A stretch of DNA of 64,000 bases from Lama guanicoe (Eukaryota): NCBI GenBank assembly GCA_013239625.1, contig MU054117.1:2292011-2356010 (forward strand), in the 5' to 3' direction. The translations under genes and the position numbers were made by a program. This document shows, piece after piece, positions 59,807 through 64,000 of this stretch. The notes beneath the pieces were generated by a model. That model was given only the letters and a program-made list of their open reading frames with translations. It did no database searches and was not told where the DNA came from. Within the stretch, counting starts at the first letter, position 1. Every line of letters starts with the position of its first letter.

Positions 59807-59812
59807 TTTATT
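59807..59812 (-). terminator. Probable NRIP2 polyadenylation signal
   Basis: AATAAA on the minus strand about 1.37 kb after the NRIP2 stop codon. Confidence 0.6.
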
Positions 59813-61178
59813 CAAACAGAGAAGCAGAGAAGTGCTGAGCCGAGGCTTCCCTGGGCCTGGGGTCTGCAGCTGCAGAAGCGGCGAGAGGCAGAAGGGAGAG
59901 GAGCAGGGTGAGACCCAGGAGAGCAGAGGGCACAGCCCGGCAGGGAGGGGCCACGCGCTCTCACCTCTGTGCCAGTGAGCCCCTCGCCTGCCTGTGGGCA
60001 CAGGGACTCCACTGAGAAAGGTAAGGCCCGGTGTCTCAGGGCCAACCCTGGCTCTTCTCTGATGTGATCTGCTCCAGGTCCGAGGGCCCTGGTTCCCCAG
60101 CCAGGTTAGCTCCGCCACTGTCTCTGTCTCCCCCTAATCCGTGATTAGAGAGATTCGAACCAGCCAGACGGAAATGCTCGGGGCCTTGGCCCCTTAAGGT
60201 CTGGGCTCTTCTCTTCACCTGCAGTAAAGGTCACAGAGCCTCCTTGCGTGTTTACTGGGCTCAAGGTGGGGGTGGAGGGGTGGGGAGAAAGCCACGGATG
60301 CCAGAAAAGACCAGCTCAAGCTCAGGAGCCCACAGAGAAGGAAGGGGTGGGTCTAATGAGGTGGAACGTCTAGAAATAAAGAGGAATACGGGTCAGGTTG
60401 GGTCTTGGTACTGACGATCCCACCATTCTGTTAGCCCTGGGGGGCGGTTCTCCACACACCCCCCAAAGTTCAGGGGCCCAGCGACTGAGGAAGCAGGTGG
60501 AGGATGAGTATCTGGCGTAACTTAGCGGTGCGTCCAGGGTTTGTGCGGGGTGATCAAATGACAACCACCTCCAGGTGTGCGCGGCCACAGAGAAGGCAGC
60601 TGGCGAAAGTCCCCGGCCTTTGGGCCTGAGTCCTCCACCGACTCCCTGCCGTGTGCGCTGACCCTTTCTGTCCCGCTTGCCTGTGCGCCACCGTGCACAG
60701 ATCAGAAAGGGGGCCAGCAGGGCCAGGGACCCGGGCAGTGGGGGGCGTCCAGTGGGGACGACCAGCCCCAGAAGGTGGCATGAGCACGTGGGGTGAAGGC
60801 CTCAGGGGTGTTCGGGTGGACGGGGCAGGAGGGGACAGCAGCAGGCTGCAGCCGCGGACTCAGGCCACTCCTACCCCGCCCAGTGCCCAGCCTGGAACCA
60901 GCTCTGGCTCTGCTCTTCTTGGGAGGGGATGAGGCTGAACGGAAACCCGAACCCTGAGGTCACAGGCTGTCTCTAGGGACACTCCTCCCTGGGGGGGTAG
61001 GGTGGGCGCTGAGAAGCAGGAGTGTGGCCGGCAGGGCAATGGGACAGCAGGGTCAGGGTGGTGACAAAAGGGACAGACACAGTAGTCCCCAGCTACCTGG
61101 CTCTAGCGATGCCCCATCCCCCCGACAGCTCTTCCCCTAAGGCAAGCAGCTTCCCCCTGGGGACCAGCCGGGCAGCGG

Positions 61179-63564
61179 TCACTGGCCGGGCTCTGGGTGC
61201 AGAGGCAGGAAAGGCAGCTCAGAGAAGGGGGCTCTCAGCCGCAGCACGCCGCGTTCCAGGTCGATGCAGCACTGCAGGGGGAGGTGCGCTTACTGGCGGT
61301 TAACCGCCTCCCCTTCCCACCCCCTGCTCCCTGCTCCTCCCCGTTTCCTTTCACCTGGACTGCTGTCTGTCTGGGAGGACCCAGTTCTCCGTATCTGTTA
61401 CTTGTGGGCAAATAAGGAACCTCCAAGGAAGTGAGAGTGAAATCCCACGTCTCCAAGTCTCATCAGAGGCCAACTCGTGCATCCACACCTGTGTCTCCTC
61501 TGTCTCTTTTTCCCAGCCCTCTGGGTCAGGCCCCCGGTGTGGCTGCCAGTGTAAGCATCCTCCTTACCTTGAGAGCGAGCAGAGTCTGCAGCCCAAGACA
61601 GAGTTCAGGACTCTCCACATCTGCAGGAACCATTTGAAAACAAGAAGCTGGAGGGTGCCCCCAGGTCACTGCTATCCCGTCAGCCCTCGCCCCCTCTGCC
61701 CACCCCTCCCAGGCCTGAGAATCTTGAGGATGACGAGCACATCTTTGGGGACACTTTGTCTGGTGCTGGCAGGGGTGAGAGGCTCTGCCTTTGTCCCCCC
61801 GGGAGAGGAAAGTAGGAGAGGTGGGACGCTGGGCTGCCGACAGGGAGAGGACTTACCCACCACCCGAGCGGAGCATGCCACAGTCTCCTGGCCTAGCTGT
61901 AGCTCCAGCTGCTCCACCTGGGCTGGGGGCCCAGGGGCCAGGTCCCCACCTGGGGCTTTTAGGGCCCTCTTCCCTAACCTGTGGTCAGGAAGCAAGGCTT
62001 GTGGCCACCACTGCCCCCACCCCCCACCCCCACCCCTCCAGCTCACCTCCCTCCCCACCACACTTGGGTTCTCAACCAACTGCTGGTCCCACATGGGGTC
62101 TAAATCCTGTCTTCTCTGCCAGAGCCCCATCAATTCTTTTTTTTTTAAATAACAGCTTTATTGAGATACAGTTCATATACCATGAAAGTCACCCTTTTAA
62201 AGTATAAAACAGAGTTAGGAACCATCACTCTAATTTCAGAATATTTTCACCCCAAAAAGAAGCCCTGCGTCCATGCTTTTGGGCCTCACTCACCCCAGGC
62301 GGCTGAGGCATCCCGCGGAGATCTGATTGTAGTCGGTGCCAGTGTCCACGGCCACCCTAAGCACCTGGTCCTGGCACTGAGAAAGAGGGGAGGGGGCACT
62401 CGGTGAGTCCCCGGGAGAATGGGCTGGGGGCTGGCTCGGTCACCTTTCCCAGCCCCTGATGAGTCCCTTTCAGAAGTGAGTGAAGAGAACCAGCTGACTC
62501 TTTAAGTGACGTTTACGGGACTCACAGTTGAGGCAGAGCTCCGTCAGATACCGAGTCAGGAAAGGAAGTGGAGCCACACGTGGTGAGTGCCTGCGTCTGG
62601 GAAGGATTCGACTGGAAGCGGAGGGGTGCTTGGGAGGCCCAGGGCCTCCAGTTAAAGGGAACCGGATTAGGAATGAAGGAGGATGGGAAGGCCCACTAGA
62701 ACGTTAGGTGCTGGTAACAGAGGCTCACCCCTGCAGGCAAAGGAAGGCAAGCTGCTTCCTTTTAGATAAATAGAGACGTTTTAGTTTGCACTTGGGTACC
62801 ACAAACCATGTCATTCTCTCATTGCACTTGTTCGCTGAGCGCCTGCTGTGCGGGGACCTGTTGTGGAAGGCTGCTCTCTAGGAGGGAGGGGGTGTGGTCA
62901 CCGGTGCACGGGAGGGAGTTGTAAGGTCTGTGGGTTGTGAGTAAAGAGCCTGAGATGTTGAGAGGGAGGAAAGGCTCTTCCGCTGGGGAAGTCAGGAGAG
63001 CTTTCAAGGAGGAGGGGACATCTGAGGCTTGAAGGATCACGGAACGTGGACACAGGATGAAGGTCAGCAGGTGGAGGGGGCGCTGAGCAAAGACGGGCAG
63101 TGGGAGCTGGCTTGTGTCAGGAGGGGCTCCGTGTTGCCTGGGGGGTTGGACAGCTCCAGAGAGCACGTGTACTTTCCTGGGAGGGGCTGCCTTACCCACC
63201 TGTGCATGCCCTTGTGTGTGGCACACACTCAACCTTTAAAGATTCTAGTTGGATCAAGGAAAGGGAGTCGTGCAAAGGGAAGGCCCGTGAGGTAAGGAGT
63301 GAAGTTCTAGACCCAGGCTGTGGGGGGGGTGCCTTAGCTCCCCGCTCCTCCCCCACCACCAGGCGGGAAGGAGAGTGGGTGAGGGGAGCCGGTCCCAGGA
63401 GGCTATCTCACCTTGCAGTTGACCAGAAGAGCTGGCCTCTCTGTCTTGCTGGTCCTCTTCCTGCCCTCCTGGCCGTGAATCAGCGCCTGCACCAGGGGAG
63501 ACTCCCCCTGAGCACGACTCTGGGTCCCCTCCACCAGGCGTCTCTGGATCACACTGTGTGGCTG
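61179..63564 (-). CDS. NRIP2: Nuclear receptor-interacting protein 2, last five coding exons (5' part beyond the right edge)
   Basis: Exons 63412-63564, 62294-62376, 61857-61978, 61568-61620, 61179-61271. Translation QPHSVIQRRLVEG...PALLVNCKCQDQVLRVAVDTGTDYNQISAGCLSRLGLGKRALKAPGGDLAPGPPAQVEQLELQLGQE...CCIDLERGVLRLRAPFSELPFLPLHPEPGQ*. Confidence 0.95.
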
Positions 63565-64000
63565 CTGGCTCCATCACAAAGCAATGAAGATGCTAAGCGC
63601 AGGTGTGCAGGCTGCTCATTCCGCGCCCCCCCCCGACCCCGCACAAATCCCAGGCTCTTCTCCCCAGCCCTGCCCAGTCTGGAGTTTCTTGGGAGCGAGA
63701 TTCCCCAAGGATCCCAGCAGTCAGACCGTTACAGCCGAGTGAACCCCAGTATCAAATCGTGCTGTTTTTCCGGGACCCCAACAGATAGCTCAGAGATGGA
63801 GAAATGGTCCGTCTAGGTTAGACTGACCTATTGGCTGGCGGGACATTTTAGGCACTAGTATTATGAGGGGAGGTGTGAGGAATTCTGTCTCGGGTCTACA
63901 ACACATATTTCTGGGGACACACTTTCTTTTTTTCTTCTCCGGACCCCACCCTTCTGTGGGGTGCAGATCCCAGGGTTAATGATGTGATGAAAAGAAGTCA

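Overview
Mammalian genomic DNA, most likely a camelid: there are at least seven Ala-tRNA-derived SINEs resembling camelid Vic-1. The gene order matches human 12p13.33. The window holds complete FKBP4 (+, 10 exons, 459 aa), complete ITFG2 (+, 12 exons, 444 or 446 aa) and the last five coding exons of NRIP2 (-). The left 11.6 kb hides a minus-strand multi-exon gene that the ORF track only shows in fragments. Eight GT-AG exons splice into an uninterrupted 321-codon frame that aligns, segment by segment, with the N-terminal HEAT region of the maestro HEAT-like repeat (MROH1/MROH2) family but is highly divergent; it continues off the window's left edge. The 12-30 kb interval is mostly nested L1/LTR/SINE sequence, followed by an orphan CpG island. 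Smaller oddities include a twin-primed L1 inversion, a U2 snRNA 5' fragment nested in an L1 tail, GC-shifted L1 fragments, an inverted SINE pair in FKBP4 intron 9 and an altered ITFG2 exon-7 donor. All homology statements come from recalled sequences; no database search was run.
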